From: an uncultured Pseudomonadota bacterium
Lineage (GTDB): Bacteria; Myxococcota_A; Polyangia; Fen-1088
Length of the DNA: 64,000 bases
Reading direction: 5' to 3'
Assembly: GCA_963847705.1 (NCBI GenBank)
Contig: CAWKBC010000017.1
Coordinates: 233,795 to 297,794, forward strand
Position numbers and translations under genes: made by a program
Shown: piece after piece, positions 9,954 to 20,206 of the stretch
Numbering within the stretch: position 1 is the first letter of the stretch
How the letters are laid out: the number at the start of each line of letters is the position of its first letter
The notes under the pieces: generated by a model
The model's input: only the letters and a program-made list of their open reading frames with translations
Database searches by the model: none
Told to the model about the DNA's origin: nothing

Positions 9954-12900
9954 TGCAGGCCCGGCGCCGTCCAACCGCCGCCGTCGAGATCGAGGAAAAA
10001 CGGATTGCTGAACGCGGTGGGCCAGACCCCCGGCGCGATCGCTTGCAGATCGAACCGGGGATCGTCGAGCGCCGGCCGCCCCGGCACGTCCATGGCGGGG
10101 AGATCGGGCAGACCGTCGCCGTCGGTGTCGGCGGGGGTGTCCTGGTGGAGCCCTGCCTCGACGACCAGCCAGGCGTCCCCGGTGGCGGGGAGCAAGGTGG
10201 CGAGCTGCATGCTGACCGACCCGGACGAGACGTGGGTGCCGAAGGGGTCGCTGCTGGGGAAGAGAGACGAAAGGTCGAAGGTGTGCACGAGCACGCCGTT
10301 CACGAAGACGCGCGCCTCCGTCACCGGGATCCAGGGCGCGGCCGCGACGGAGATCTTCAGCGTGGCGGAATGGCTGACCGTGATGGGCGCCATGTCGGGG
10401 CGGTAGCTCGTCGCGCCGTCATCGATGGTGACATCGAGGACGGGCCCGTTGGTCCCCTCGAGGTGCCCGGCGCGCACGTCGGCATCGAAGCTGTCGACGT
10501 CGAACGTCCCCTGGTCGTGGCCCCCCCAGACCAGGTTGCGCGGGTACCCGACCTGCTCGATCGACAGCGAGTGGGAGTCGCTGTTGGCGGTGCCGACACG
10601 TTTGAACCCCTGGTTGAGCAGCGAGAACCACAGCGCGCGGTAGCGCAGCCAATCGGCGCGGGAGGCGCCGGTCATCACCTCCTCGACGTCCCAGTCGATG
10701 TTGCGGTGGTGGCCGCCGGGCGCACGCGCCAGCGCGTTCGCGGCGAAGCTGAAGCCGTCGGTCGGCGTCGCCGGGATGGGCGTGGTCGGGTCGTAGCCGA
10801 GCGCGGCGGGGTAGCCCTGGTCGCGCCCCAGCTTGGCGAGCAGGTACGGGTGATTGAGCTGACGCACGCCGGTCGCGGGGTTGGCGAACACCGCGTCCAT
10901 GTCGTCCATCAACTGGCCGGGCTCGCGCAGCTCCGGCCAGGGGGCGCCGTTGCGGGTCTGGAGAAAATCGGGGACCAGCGGCCAAAAATTGAAATGCCCG
11001 AGCGTCTTCGGGAACCGGTCGCCGGGGACGTAGTACCAGAGGATGTTGGGCGTCTGCTCGACCCCGGGGATGACCACGATGGAATTCGTCGCGCCCAGCG
11101 TGGCCAGCGTGCTCGCGTAGCTGGTGACCACGTTGTGGTCGGTCGCGATGATCACGTCGACGCCGGTGGCGAGAAAGCTGATCACCCGATCGAGGTCGGG
11201 GATGGAGGTGTCGAAGCTGGCGCCGCCGTGGACGTGGAAGTCGCCCGAGACGACCCCGCTCGGCAGGAGCTGCGGGAGCGACTGGACCTGCAGTTTGACC
11301 GGCAAGGACATCCCCGGCGCGAGGTTGACCTCGGTGCGATCGATGCTGGAGAACGGTCCGCGGGTGGCATAGACGTAGTAATGCCCGGGCGGGACAGCCA
11401 GCTCGAAGCTGCCGTTGACGGTGAGCGCGCGGTTGCACGCCGGTGAGCCTCCGTCCGGCGGGCCGAGCATGGGCGCGCAGACCACGAGCGTGCTCGTGCA
11501 CGGGGGCGAGCCGCCGTTCGAAGGGGCGGCCGTCGGCGGGCAGCCGGCGAACAGGCCGTAGAGGCTGGGGACCGGAGCGCCGGTGGCCGCCGGATCGTCG
11601 AAGGGGATGAGCACCAGCTCGGCGTAGGTGACGGGGACGCCGGGCGACGATTCGACGGTGACCGTCAGATCGGCCGAGGCCGTGATCGTCACGTCGCCAA
11701 TCGACAGGTCGGTGTCCGCCGCTATGAACGAGGCGGCGGCGCCGGCCGGCAGCCCGAAGGCGTAGGGCTGGACGCGGTAGTTGCGGTTGGGCGGCAGGGC
11801 CACCTGGAAGGTGCCGTCGCTGGCCGGGACGACCTCGTTCCACGGGGTGATGCCGGTCGGATCGTCGACGTTGGGGCCGGCGGCCGGCTCGTAGAACAGC
11901 AGCGAGGCAGCGCTCCCCGAGCGGGGGTTGACCGGCGCGCCGTTGGCGACGACGCGTCCCTTGACCGTGACGGCGGGTGGATCGCCGTGAACCAGCGTCC
12001 GGACGTGCAGCGCTTCGGCCACCGCCGGGGCCAGCCCCGGCCCCGGCTCGGCGAGGATGAATCGCTCGAAGTGAAATCCGTCCCCCGGCTGGGTGACGTC
12101 GAGCGGGACGCCGGCCGCGGTCAGGGAGGAGCTGTTGAATCCGGCCGACTGCGGGCGATCGCAGGCGATGGCCGCGTAGGCGGTGTCGGGCGCCGCCTGC
12201 GATCGGGCGGCGAGAAACGGCCATTGCCGCCAGGCCTGGTCGAGGTGCTCGAGATCGAGGTTCGGCTCGACGAACCCCAGCCCCCGGCCGGGGACGAAGG
12301 GCGCCAGGCCGTTGTCGCCCCAGAAGAAGGCGTCGGCGAGGTAGAGCGTGCTCGGAGCGGAGGCGCCGTTGTAGAGGTCGCTGCGGACCCGGACGCCCGG
12401 CTCGCAGGGGCGCAGCTCGTAGCGGGTGACGACGGTGACGTGCGAATCGCTCTCCAGGTGGCCGCGAAAGATGACCGCGGCGTAGGCCCCGGGCGCCGAC
12501 GGGTCGAGCTGGGGATCGAGGATGGCGGCGCTTTCATAGTGGACAGCGTCGCGCGGGAGCACGCCGGCCGCATGGTAGATGGCGTTGGTCTGATCTCCGG
12601 TGCTCATTCCGAGCGGCGCCAGATCGAGAATCGCGCCGCCGGTGGGGCCGATGAAGTGCGGGTGGTCGGGAGCGTCGAGCACCACGCGGAGGAGATCGTT
12701 CTCGAGCAGGTAGTCTCCCTGCGCGGCCAGCGCCTTTGGCCCCGCGACCCGCTCGGGATCGTCTGGGCCAATCTGCTCGACGCGCAGCTTCGGCGCGGTG
12801 CAGGCGGCGTAGACCAGCGCCGGGCAGGCCGCCGGCGGAAGGCACTGACCGTCGTCGCCGCCGACGCAGCCGTCGCGGTGACAGCCGGCCGTGGTGGCGG

Positions 12901-12955
12901 CGAGCGCCAGGGCCCCGAGCAGGACCACCGGGGACAAGCTGCGCGGGCGCCTCAT
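9950..12955 (-). CDS. Large lipoprotein with C-terminal PHP-fold metallohydrolase (CehA/McbA-like)
   Basis: Lipobox TAGC. PHP metal motifs GDFHVH, ATDHN, LNHP and ANSDSH, with TNGP and FSNP in the C-terminal region. Confidence 0.8.
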   Translation of the reverse strand: MRRPRSLSPVVLLGALALAATTAGCHRDGCVGGDDGQCLPPAACPALVYAACTAPKLRVEQIGPDDPERVAGPKALAAQGDYLLENDLLRVVLDAPDHPHFIGPTGGAILDLAPLGMSTGDQTNAIYHAAGVLPRDAVHYESAAILDPQLDPSAPGAYAAVIFRGHLESDSHVTVVTRYELRPCEPGVRVRSDLYNGASAPSTLYLADAFFWGDNGLAPFVPGRGLGFVEPNLDLEHLDQAWRQWPFLAARSQAAPDTAYAAIACDRPQSAGFNSSSLTAAGVPLDVTQPGDGFHFERFILAEPGPGLAPAVAEALHVRTLVHGDPPAVTVKGRVVANGAPVNPRSGSAASLLFYEPAAGPNVDDPTGITPWNEVVPASDGTFQVALPPNRNYRVQPYAFGLPAGAAASFIAADTDLSIGDVTITASADLTVTVESSPGVPVTYAELVLIPFDDPAATGAPVPSLYGLFAGCPPTAAPSNGGSPPCTSTLVVCAPMLGPPDGGSPACNRALTVNGSFELAVPPGHYYVYATRGPFSSIDRTEVNLAPGMSLPVKLQVQSLPQLLPSGVVSGDFHVHGGASFDTSIPDLDRVISFLATGVDVIIATDHNVVTSYASTLATLGATNSIVVIPGVEQTPNILWYYVPGDRFPKTLGHFNFWPLVPDFLQTRNGAPWPELREPGQLMDDMDAVFANPATGVRQLNHPYLLAKLGRDQGYPAALGYDPTTPIPATPTDGFSFAANALARAPGGHHRNIDWDVEEVMTGASRADWLRYRALWFSLLNQGFKRVGTANSDSHSLSIEQVGYPRNLVWGGHDQGTFDVDSFDADVRAGHLEGTNGPVLDVTIDDGATSYRPDMAPITVSHSATLKISVAAAPWIPVTEARVFVNGVLVHTFDLSSLFPSSDPFGTHVSSGSVSMQLATLLPATGDAWLVVEAGLHQDTPADTDGDGLPDLPAMDVPGRPALDDPRFDLQAIAPGVWPTAFSNPFFLDLDGGGWTAPGLQ

Positions 12956-12986
12956 CGCGCCGCATATTACTGCCGAATCAGCCGAA

Positions 12987-13763
12987 TCAGGCTTTGCTTG
13001 CGGCTGCCTGGGCGGGGGCGGCGCTCGGTGCCGTGGCGGCGGGCTTGGCGGGCGCCGCAGTCGCGGTGGAGGGAGCGGCGCTGGCCGGCGCGGGGCTGGC
13101 CCCTGCCGCACTGGCTGGCGCGACGCTGGTGGGCGGCGCGCTCGGCGCAGTCGGCGGGCGGCTCGGGCCGGGACCCGGGCCGGGGCCCGAACCGGCGACC
13201 GGCGCGGCGGGGCGAATGACGCCTCCGCGCGGGCCGATGATCATGACCATCCGGCGCCCCTCCATCATCGGGCGCTGCTCAACCATCGCGATGTCCGCAA
13301 CGGTCTTCACCACGGAGTCGAGCATGGCCTGCCCGGTCTCGGGGTGAACGATCTCTCGGCCGCGGAAGACGATCACCAGCTTGCACTTGTTCCCCTCGGC
13401 GAGGAACCGGCGAATGTGCTTCACCTTGAAGTCGAAGTCATGCTCGTCCGTCTTGGGACGGAGCTTGATCTCCTTGAGGACGACCGTCGTCTGGTGCTTC
13501 CGCGAAGCCTTTTCCTTCTTCGACGTCTCGTACTTGAACTTGCCGAAGTCCATGATCTTGCAAACCGGCGGCGCTGCGCGCGGGTTCACCTCGACCAGCT
13601 CGAGCCCGGCCTCTTCGGCCAGCTTGAGCGCTTCGTGCGTGGGGATGACGCCAATTTGCGCGCCGTCGGCGCCGATGACCCGCACCTCGGGCACGCGGAT
13701 GCGGCGGCCCACTCGGTAGTTGTCCGTCGCGCTGGGGGGAGCTTGATTGAATGGTCTTGGGAT
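12987..13763 (-). CDS. infC: Translation initiation factor IF-3 with AUC start and Pro/Ala-rich C-terminal extension
   Basis: IRVPEVRVIG, PPVCKIMDFGKFKY, KEIKLRPK. SD AGGAG (13775-13771) precedes in-frame ATC ATC (13766, 13763). Confidence 0.95.
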   Translation of the reverse strand: MPRPFNQAPPSATDNYRVGRRIRVPEVRVIGADGAQIGVIPTHEALKLAEEAGLELVEVNPRAAPPVCKIMDFGKFKYETSKKEKASRKHQTTVVLKEIKLRPKTDEHDFDFKVKHIRRFLAEGNKCKLVIVFRGREIVHPETGQAMLDSVVKTVADIAMVEQRPMMEGRRMVMIIGPRGGVIRPAAPVAGSGPGPGPGPSRPPTAPSAPPTSVAPASAAGASPAPASAAPSTATAAPAKPAATAPSAAPAQAAASKA

Positions 13764-13855
13764 GATCTTTCTCCTGGTGGGTGGTGGCTAGGTTAAGGGA
13801 GGCAAAACGTCAGGTTATTGTAATGCCGGCGGGCGCTTCGGGATCCCCGCCGAGA

Positions 13856-15703
13856 TCAGGAATCTTTCTTGTCAGGGGCTTGGTGGGGGGGGCTTGGTGG
13901 GGTCTCGGTGGGGGCCTTGGTCGGGTCGGCAGACGCCAGATCGGGGACCTTGGCCTCGGCGGCCAGCCGCCGGGCGAACTCATCGAGCGGCGTGGCCGGC
14001 TGCTGCGCCCCTTCCCGGGTGCGTGGGGAGACCACACGTGCGGCCATGTCTTTTTCTCCCACCACGACCATGTAAGGGATCTTCTCCAGCTGGGCTCGTC
14101 GAATTTTGGCGCCCAGCTTGTCGGCGGCCAGGTCGGCCTCGACCCGCAGCCCTTCGGCCTTCAGGCGCTCGCTGACCTCGCGCGCGTAAGCCTCGGCCTT
14201 GTCGCTGACGGAGAGCACGCGCGCCTGGACCGGCGCCAGCCAGAGCGGAAAAGCCCCGGCGAAGTGCTCGATGAGCACGGCGATGAACCGCTCGATGGAG
14301 CCGAGCAGCGCCCGGTGGATCATGACCGGCCGCTGGCGCGACCCGTCCGTGGCCACGTACTCCAGCTTGAACCGCTCGGGGAGCTGGAAGTCGAGCTGGA
14401 ATGTCCCGCACTGCCACTCGCGGCCGATGGCGTCGCGGATCTTGAGGTCGATCTTGGGGCCGTAGAACGCCCCACCCCCCTCGTCGACCTCGAACGGCTT
14501 CCCGGTCCCCTCGAGCACGCGCCGGATCGCTGCCTCGGCGCGATCCCAGGAGGCGCTCTCGCCCATCAGGCTCTCGGGCCGCGTTGAGAGGAAGAGCTTC
14601 ACGTCGGTGAAGCCGAACAGGTCGAGGATGTCGATGGCGAACTTGAAGCAGTCGCGCATCTCCTCTTCGATCTGCTCCTCGCGGACGAAGAGGTGCGCAT
14701 CGTCCTGGGTGAACCCGCGCACGCGCAGGAGGCCATGCAGCACGCCCGAGCGCTCGTAGCGGTAGACCGTTCCGAGCTCGGCGAAGCGCAGCGGCAGATC
14801 TCGGTAGGAGCGCATCTGCGACCGGTAGATGGCGATGTGGAACGGGCAGTTCATCGGCTTGACGAGGTACCGCTGCCCTTCCAGCTCCATGCCGCCGAAG
14901 AGGTTCTCCTTGTAGTGCTCGAGGTGGCCGGAGATCTGGAGCAGCTGCTCGCGCGCGACGTGGGGGCTATAGACCGGCTGGTAGCCGCGCCGCACGACCT
15001 CGCGCCGAATGAGATCCTCGATCATCTGGCGGAGCATCGCCCCCTTCGGGTGCCAGAGGGCGAACCCGGGGCCGACCAGCTCGTCGAAGGAGAAGAGATC
15101 GAGCTCGCGCCCCAACGTCCGGTGGTCGCGCTTCTTGGCCTCTTCCAGCCGGCGCAGGTGCTCGTCGAGCTCCGCCTGCGAAGGGAACGCCGTCCCGTAG
15201 ACGCGCTGGAGCTGGGGGTTGCGCTCGTCGCCGCGCCAGTAGGCGCCGGCGAACGACAGCACCTTGAAGGCCTTGATGTCGCCGGTCGACTCGACGTGCG
15301 GGCCGCGGCAGAGATCGATGAAGTCGCCGTGCTGGAAGTAGGAGACCTCTTCCGATTCGGGGATCGATTCGATGATCTCGACCTTGTACTTCTCGCCGCG
15401 CGAACGGAACCGCTCGATCGCCTCGGCGCGCGAGACCACGTGCCGCTCGAACGGCAGGTTCTCGGCCACGATCTTGCGCATCTCCTCCTCGATGCGCGCG
15501 GCGTCCTCGGGCGCGAACGGCTCGGTGTCGAAGTCGTAGTAAAAGCCGGTCTCGATCGAGGGACCGATCGCCACCTTGGCGCCGGGGCGCAGCCGCTGGA
15601 CGGCGTCCGCCATCACGTGCGACGCCGAGTGCCGCATCCGCGACAGCGGATCGTCGGGAACGTCCCCCTTGTCGCGGGGCCGAATGGTCTTGGCGGAACT
15701 CAC
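13856..15703 (-). CDS. thrS: Threonyl-tRNA synthetase lacking the N-terminal TGS domain
   Basis: RHSASH, DLCRGPH, RDHRTLG, KPMNCP, RVRGFTQDDAH, FYGPKID. GTG start 6 nt after TATGCT. Confidence 0.96.
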   Translation of the reverse strand: MSSAKTIRPRDKGDVPDDPLSRMRHSASHVMADAVQRLRPGAKVAIGPSIETGFYYDFDTEPFAPEDAARIEEEMRKIVAENLPFERHVVSRAEAIERFRSRGEKYKVEIIESIPESEEVSYFQHGDFIDLCRGPHVESTGDIKAFKVLSFAGAYWRGDERNPQLQRVYGTAFPSQAELDEHLRRLEEAKKRDHRTLGRELDLFSFDELVGPGFALWHPKGAMLRQMIEDLIRREVVRRGYQPVYSPHVAREQLLQISGHLEHYKENLFGGMELEGQRYLVKPMNCPFHIAIYRSQMRSYRDLPLRFAELGTVYRYERSGVLHGLLRVRGFTQDDAHLFVREEQIEEEMRDCFKFAIDILDLFGFTDVKLFLSTRPESLMGESASWDRAEAAIRRVLEGTGKPFEVDEGGGAFYGPKIDLKIRDAIGREWQCGTFQLDFQLPERFKLEYVATDGSRQRPVMIHRALLGSIERFIAVLIEHFAGAFPLWLAPVQARVLSVSDKAEAYAREVSERLKAEGLRVEADLAADKLGAKIRRAQLEKIPYMVVVGEKDMAARVVSPRTREGAQQPATPLDEFARRLAAEAKVPDLASADPTKAPTETPPSPPHQAPDKKDS

Positions 15704-15796
15704 GCGGGCAGCATAGCCGCGAGAACCGAGCACGCACCCAACCAAACAGCAACGAAATCGTTTCCCCCCATCCCGAGAACAGGCGAGGGAGAGGGC

Positions 15797-15871
<75 letters not shown>

Positions 15872-15936
15872 GGGATTTTTCTCTTACGATTCCGACGCCG
15901 ATTTCGATTCGGCGTACGTTACGGTTCCCGCGTTCC

Positions 15937-17307
15937 GTGTCAAGGGAAACAAGCCGGCGGTCCTCGGTGATGATCCAGGTCCCGCTTGTGGGTGACGGTG
16001 GTGCCGGCGCGCGCGCGGCGATCGCCAGGATTCGGACCTGGTTGGCCGCCCGGGCGACGACGGTGCCGTTCCGGCTGGCGGTGGCGCTGGGGCTGCTCGG
16101 ATTGCAGCTGGCGGTGGCGATTCACTCCGGCGAGCGATTCAACGCAAGTTCAACGCCGCGCCCGGGAACCCTCCCCACTTTCAAAATCCGGCCAGCGACT
16201 GGGCCCCTCGAAACTGGGATCGGCTGATTGTCAGCCGCTGGGACTCCGGCAACTACATCGAGCTCGGCCTGCGCGGCTACCGTTACTGTCCGCCGCGCGG
16301 GCCGACGCTCCCTGTTCGCGCTCCCGGCTGCAATCTGGCTTTTTATCCGACGTACGGCCTCGCCGGACGTTACGTCGCGATGGTCTCGGGCCTCCCGATC
16401 GACTTCGCGATGTGGGCGATCTCCCTGGTGTCGTCGTTCCTGTTTCTGTTCCTCTGGACCGGCAAGGACCTGACGTCGCGGCTCGGCGTCGCCGAGACCT
16501 ATCTGGCGCTGCTGTTCTTCAACGCCTACACCACCGGTTACTGCCTGGTGATGGTCCAGACAGAGCCGCTGACGCTGGTGCTGGCGCTCGGGCGCCTTCG
16601 TGGCCTTCGCGCGCCAGCACCGGCTGGCCGGCGCGTTGCTGGCTGGGGCCACCACCGGCGTTCGCATCACCGGCGTGGCGATCGGGCTGGCGTTTGCGGC
16701 GGGGCTGCTGGTCGAGCTCTTGCGGGAGCGCCCGCGCTCCGTCTGGCCCTGGGTGCGCGGCCTTCTCCTGGCGGTCGTCGGCGTCTGGGGCCAGCTGGCG
16801 TTGATGGCCTATCACGCCCACCGGTTCGGCGATCCGATGACCTACATCCATGCCCACGGTCAGCTGTTCCACCACGAGCGCCCGGGCCTCGGTGCCCTGC
16901 TTCCACCCGACGCCGACAAGATCGTCCAGTCGATCGATTACCCGTTGCACGAGGGGCTGTGGCTGGCGGCGGCGTTGCTCTGGTTCGTCCACGGGCACCG
17001 CGAGGCCTTGCGGCGTTTCCCCCTCGAGCAGCAGGCCTTCTGGTACGTGACCTACTTGGCGACCGTCGGCATCGCCACCGTTGGAATGATGCCGATCTCG
17101 CTGGCCGGGATGAGCCGCTATCTCCTCCTGGCGCTGCCGATGTTCTTCGCGATGGCGGCCGCCATGCGCCCGCGCCCCCTGCTGGCGCTGCTCTGGCTGG
17201 CGATGACCGCCTGGCACTACTGGAACGTCGACATCTGCACCTACACCGGCGGGATGGGCGACCACGTGCTGGCGGTCTGCCACAGCCCGCACTGGATCAG
17301 GCACTGA
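15937..17307 (+). CDS. GT-C fold membrane glycosyltransferase (PIG-V/mannosyltransferase-like); frameshifts near 16150 and 16590
   Basis: Joined frames give SRWDSGNY...GY, NLAFYPTY, QTEPL, RITG and SRY, with many TM helices. Confidence 0.75.
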
Positions 17308-19115
17308 TCGCTGGGCGCCTCGCTCTGCGTTCGCGCGCGAGCAGCAGCCCCTGCGCGACGACAGTGAGGACGAAGACGACGAGGCCGGCGGTCAGGCCCG
17401 TCGGCCGATAGGAGATCTCCACCAGCTCTTCGCTGCTCCGCACCTTGGCCCCGACGAGCCCGTGCCAGTTCTCGGCCGGCGCCCCGCCGGCGCGCCAGCC
17501 GGGATCGAAGTTCATGTCGTAGACGACGCGATCGCCGGGCGAGGCGCCGGTGACCTGGAGCGTGACCGCGTTGGGCGTCCAGCGGGTCACCTCGGCGCGT
17601 CCGGCGCCGCTGGCGAGAAAGGCCAGGCCGCGATAGTCGGGCTGGTCGCTGCCGATGACGGTGCTCTTGGCCTCGGGCGGGATGCCGTAGCAGGTGACCA
17701 TCCCGGTGTTGGCGAGCATCGAGGGATAGATGATCTTGGCGGGCCACTCGTACCGATCGCGCAGCTCGGGTCCGACCGCCGGTTTTCCGTAGCGGTAGTG
17801 CTGGAACTTCTCCTGCTTGAAGGCGGCGCTCGCCTTCACCGGCGGCACCTGCAGGCGAAACGGCGCGACGGTCGCCTGCCGGGAGATCGACGCCAGGTCG
17901 AAACCGTAGAGACAGACGATCGCCAGCGCCGCGGCCTCCGCCCAGCGGCGGCCCCGGCCGCGGGTGAAGCGCCCCCAGGGCTCGCTGGGCGCCGGCGGCC
18001 AGAACGAGGGCGAGCAGCAGGATCGCCAGGAACAGAATCCGGGCCGGCAGGTGCTGCGAGCTGAAGAGCGGGATGTGGTGGACCAGCGCCCAGATCGATT
18101 GCCCCAGCGACAGCACGACGCAGCAGAGCGCGGCGACCTTGAGCGCCACCAGACGGGGGCTCCACCCGACGGCCAGCGCGGCGAAGAGCGCCAGTACCCC
18201 GGCCACGCCGACGTAGGCGCCCCACTCCCACCAGACCCAGAAGACCCGCAGCGGCAGGTGGGGATAGAAGTCGAAGCCCTGCTGGCGCGCGGTCAGCATC
18301 ACCCAGACGGAGTGCAACGACACGGCGTCGGCCGACTCGATGAGGCGCGGGTAGCGCGACATCGTGGCCAGGACCGGCAGGAGCTTGGGGGCGGCCAGAC
18401 CGATCGAGGTGGCCGCGGTGAGGAGAAACAGCGCCAGCGGCCGGCGCGAGCGGACGGCGACGGCGCGCCCGATGGCGTAGAGCCAGAGCACCATCAAGGT
18501 GTGCGGATAGGGATAGATGCCGCCCAGGTAGACGATCAGCGCCAGCAGGGCGCCGCCCGCCGCCGTCAGCGCCCGGCGATCCTCGTCGATCGCCCGGTCG
18601 AGGAAATAGAGGACGAACGGCGTCCAGGCGTAGGCCAGGTGCCACATGTGCCCCGAGGCGACCTGCAGCGCCCAGCGGCTGCCCAGCATCCAGATGGCGG
18701 CCACGAACGCCCGCCAGGCCGGACTGCGGGTGAAGCGGCCGGCCAGCAGGAAGGCGCCGAGGACCCCGACCCAGGTGGCGGCCACCACCTCGAGGCGCAG
18801 GGCCAGCGGAAACGAGAAGAGAAAATAGAGCGGCGCGAAGGGTGAGATGAAGTTGGTCGCCCCCTCGGCGTAACCCCAGGCGGGGAAGCCGCCGCAGAAC
18901 CAGGGGTTCCACCAGGGGGCCTGGCCGTGGCGGAGCGCCAGCACGGTCACGTAGCGGTAGGCGGCTTGCGAGTCCCAGTCCTGAAAGCCCATCGCCCGCA
19001 CGTCGGCGAAGAACGGCGCGAAGATCCAGAGCGCCAGCAGGAGGATCGGGACGACCGCCGCCCAGGCCCAAAGGGGATCGTGGCGATCGCGAAGGGAGCG
19101 CGGCGACTCGGGCAC
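17297..19115 (-). CDS. Polytopic GT-C-like membrane protein (YfhO-like); frameshift near 17987
   Basis: QDWD after TM1, PWWNPWFCGGFP loop, many TM helices. YfhO-like C-terminus (PNAVTL, NFDPGWRA) in the shifted frame. Confidence 0.7.
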
Positions 19116-19231
19116 GGCGCGACTTTCGTATGCCCCGACCGCGACAGCAAGTCAGGCGACAGCAAGGTCGGGCGACGCGACGTGCAGGCCGACTTGCTCC
19201 CGCTGCGCCGCGCTGGCAAGATTTCCGCGCT

Positions 19232-20206
19232 TTGATCATTGGCCGTAGCCCTCTGCGTGTCTCTCTCGGCGGAGGGGGCACCGACCTCCCCTCGTACTAC
19301 CGCGAGCACGGCGGGTTTCTGATCGCCGCCGCGATGACCAAGTACGTCTACGTCTCGATGCACGAGACGCCTCTGCAGGAGATGCTGCTCCGGTATTCGC
19401 AGATCGAACGCGTCAAGGAGGTCTCCGAGATCCGCCACCCGATCCTCCGGGAGGCGCTCACCTTGACCGGCATCCGCGGGCCGAATCTGGAGATCACCAG
19501 CATGGCGGACATCCCCTCGGGGACCGGGCTCGGCTCCTCGGGGAGCTTCGCCACCTGCCTGCTCAAGGTGCTGCACAAGTTCAAGCGGCAGAACATCCAC
19601 CCCCGCGAGCTGGCCGAGATGGCCTGTCACCTCGAGATCGACGTCCTCAAGGAGCCGATCGGGAAGCAGGATCAGTACATCGCGGCCTTCGGCGGCGTGA
19701 CGGTGTTCGAGTTCAACCGGGACGACAGCGTCTCCGCGCGCCCGGTGCGGGCCAGCGCCGACACGCTGGATCTGCTGGAGGACAGCCTGATCATGGTGTC
19801 GACCGGCTTTTATCGGGCGGCCGGCCAGGTCCTCAAGGAGCAGGACGACAGGACGCGGACGGCCGACCCCACGATGGTCAGCAACCTGCACTACGTCAAA
19901 GAGCTGGGGCAGCGCAGCCTGGAGGCGATCGAGAGCGGCAACCTCACCGATCTCGGCCGGCTGATGGACGAGCACTGGGCGCACAAGAAGAAGCGTTCGA
20001 GCCTGATGTCGAACCCCGACATCGACCGCTGGTATGCGCTGGCGATGGAGAACGGCGCCCTGGGCGGCAAGCTGATCGGGGCGGGCGGCGGTGGCTTCTT
20101 GCTGTTTTACACCGAGCAGAAGGGGCGCCTGCGCCACGCGCTCCGGGGCGCCGGCCTCGTCGAGGTGAACCTCGGCTTCGATTATGAAGGCACCAAGATC
20201 CTGTAG
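19232..20206 (+). CDS. hddA: GHMP sugar kinase, D-glycero-alpha-D-manno-heptose-7-phosphate kinase-like
   Basis: PLRVSLGGGGTDLP, PSGTGLGSSG, GKQDQY, GKLIGAGGGGF. TTG start inferred. Confidence 0.85.
   Translation: MIIGRSPLRVSLGGGGTDLPSYYREHGGFLIAAAMTKYVYVSMHETPLQEMLLRYSQIERVKEVSEIRHPILREALTLTGIRGPNLEITSMADIPSGTGLGSSGSFATCLLKVLHKFKRQNIHPRELAEMACHLEIDVLKEPIGKQDQYIAAFGGVTVFEFNRDDSVSARPVRASADTLDLLEDSLIMVSTGFYRAAGQVLKEQDDRTRTADPTMVSNLHYVKELGQRSLEAIESGNLTDLGRLMDEHWAHKKKRSSLMSNPDIDRWYALAMENGALGGKLIGAGGGGFLLFYTEQKGRLRHALRGAGLVEVNLGFDYEGTKIL

Noticed and set aside
15895-15915. Short inverted repeat ACGCCGA-N7-TCGGCGT between tRNA-Val and the first GT-C gene
   Set aside because: A 7-bp GC-rich stem is expected by chance at this composition, and there is no supporting evidence.
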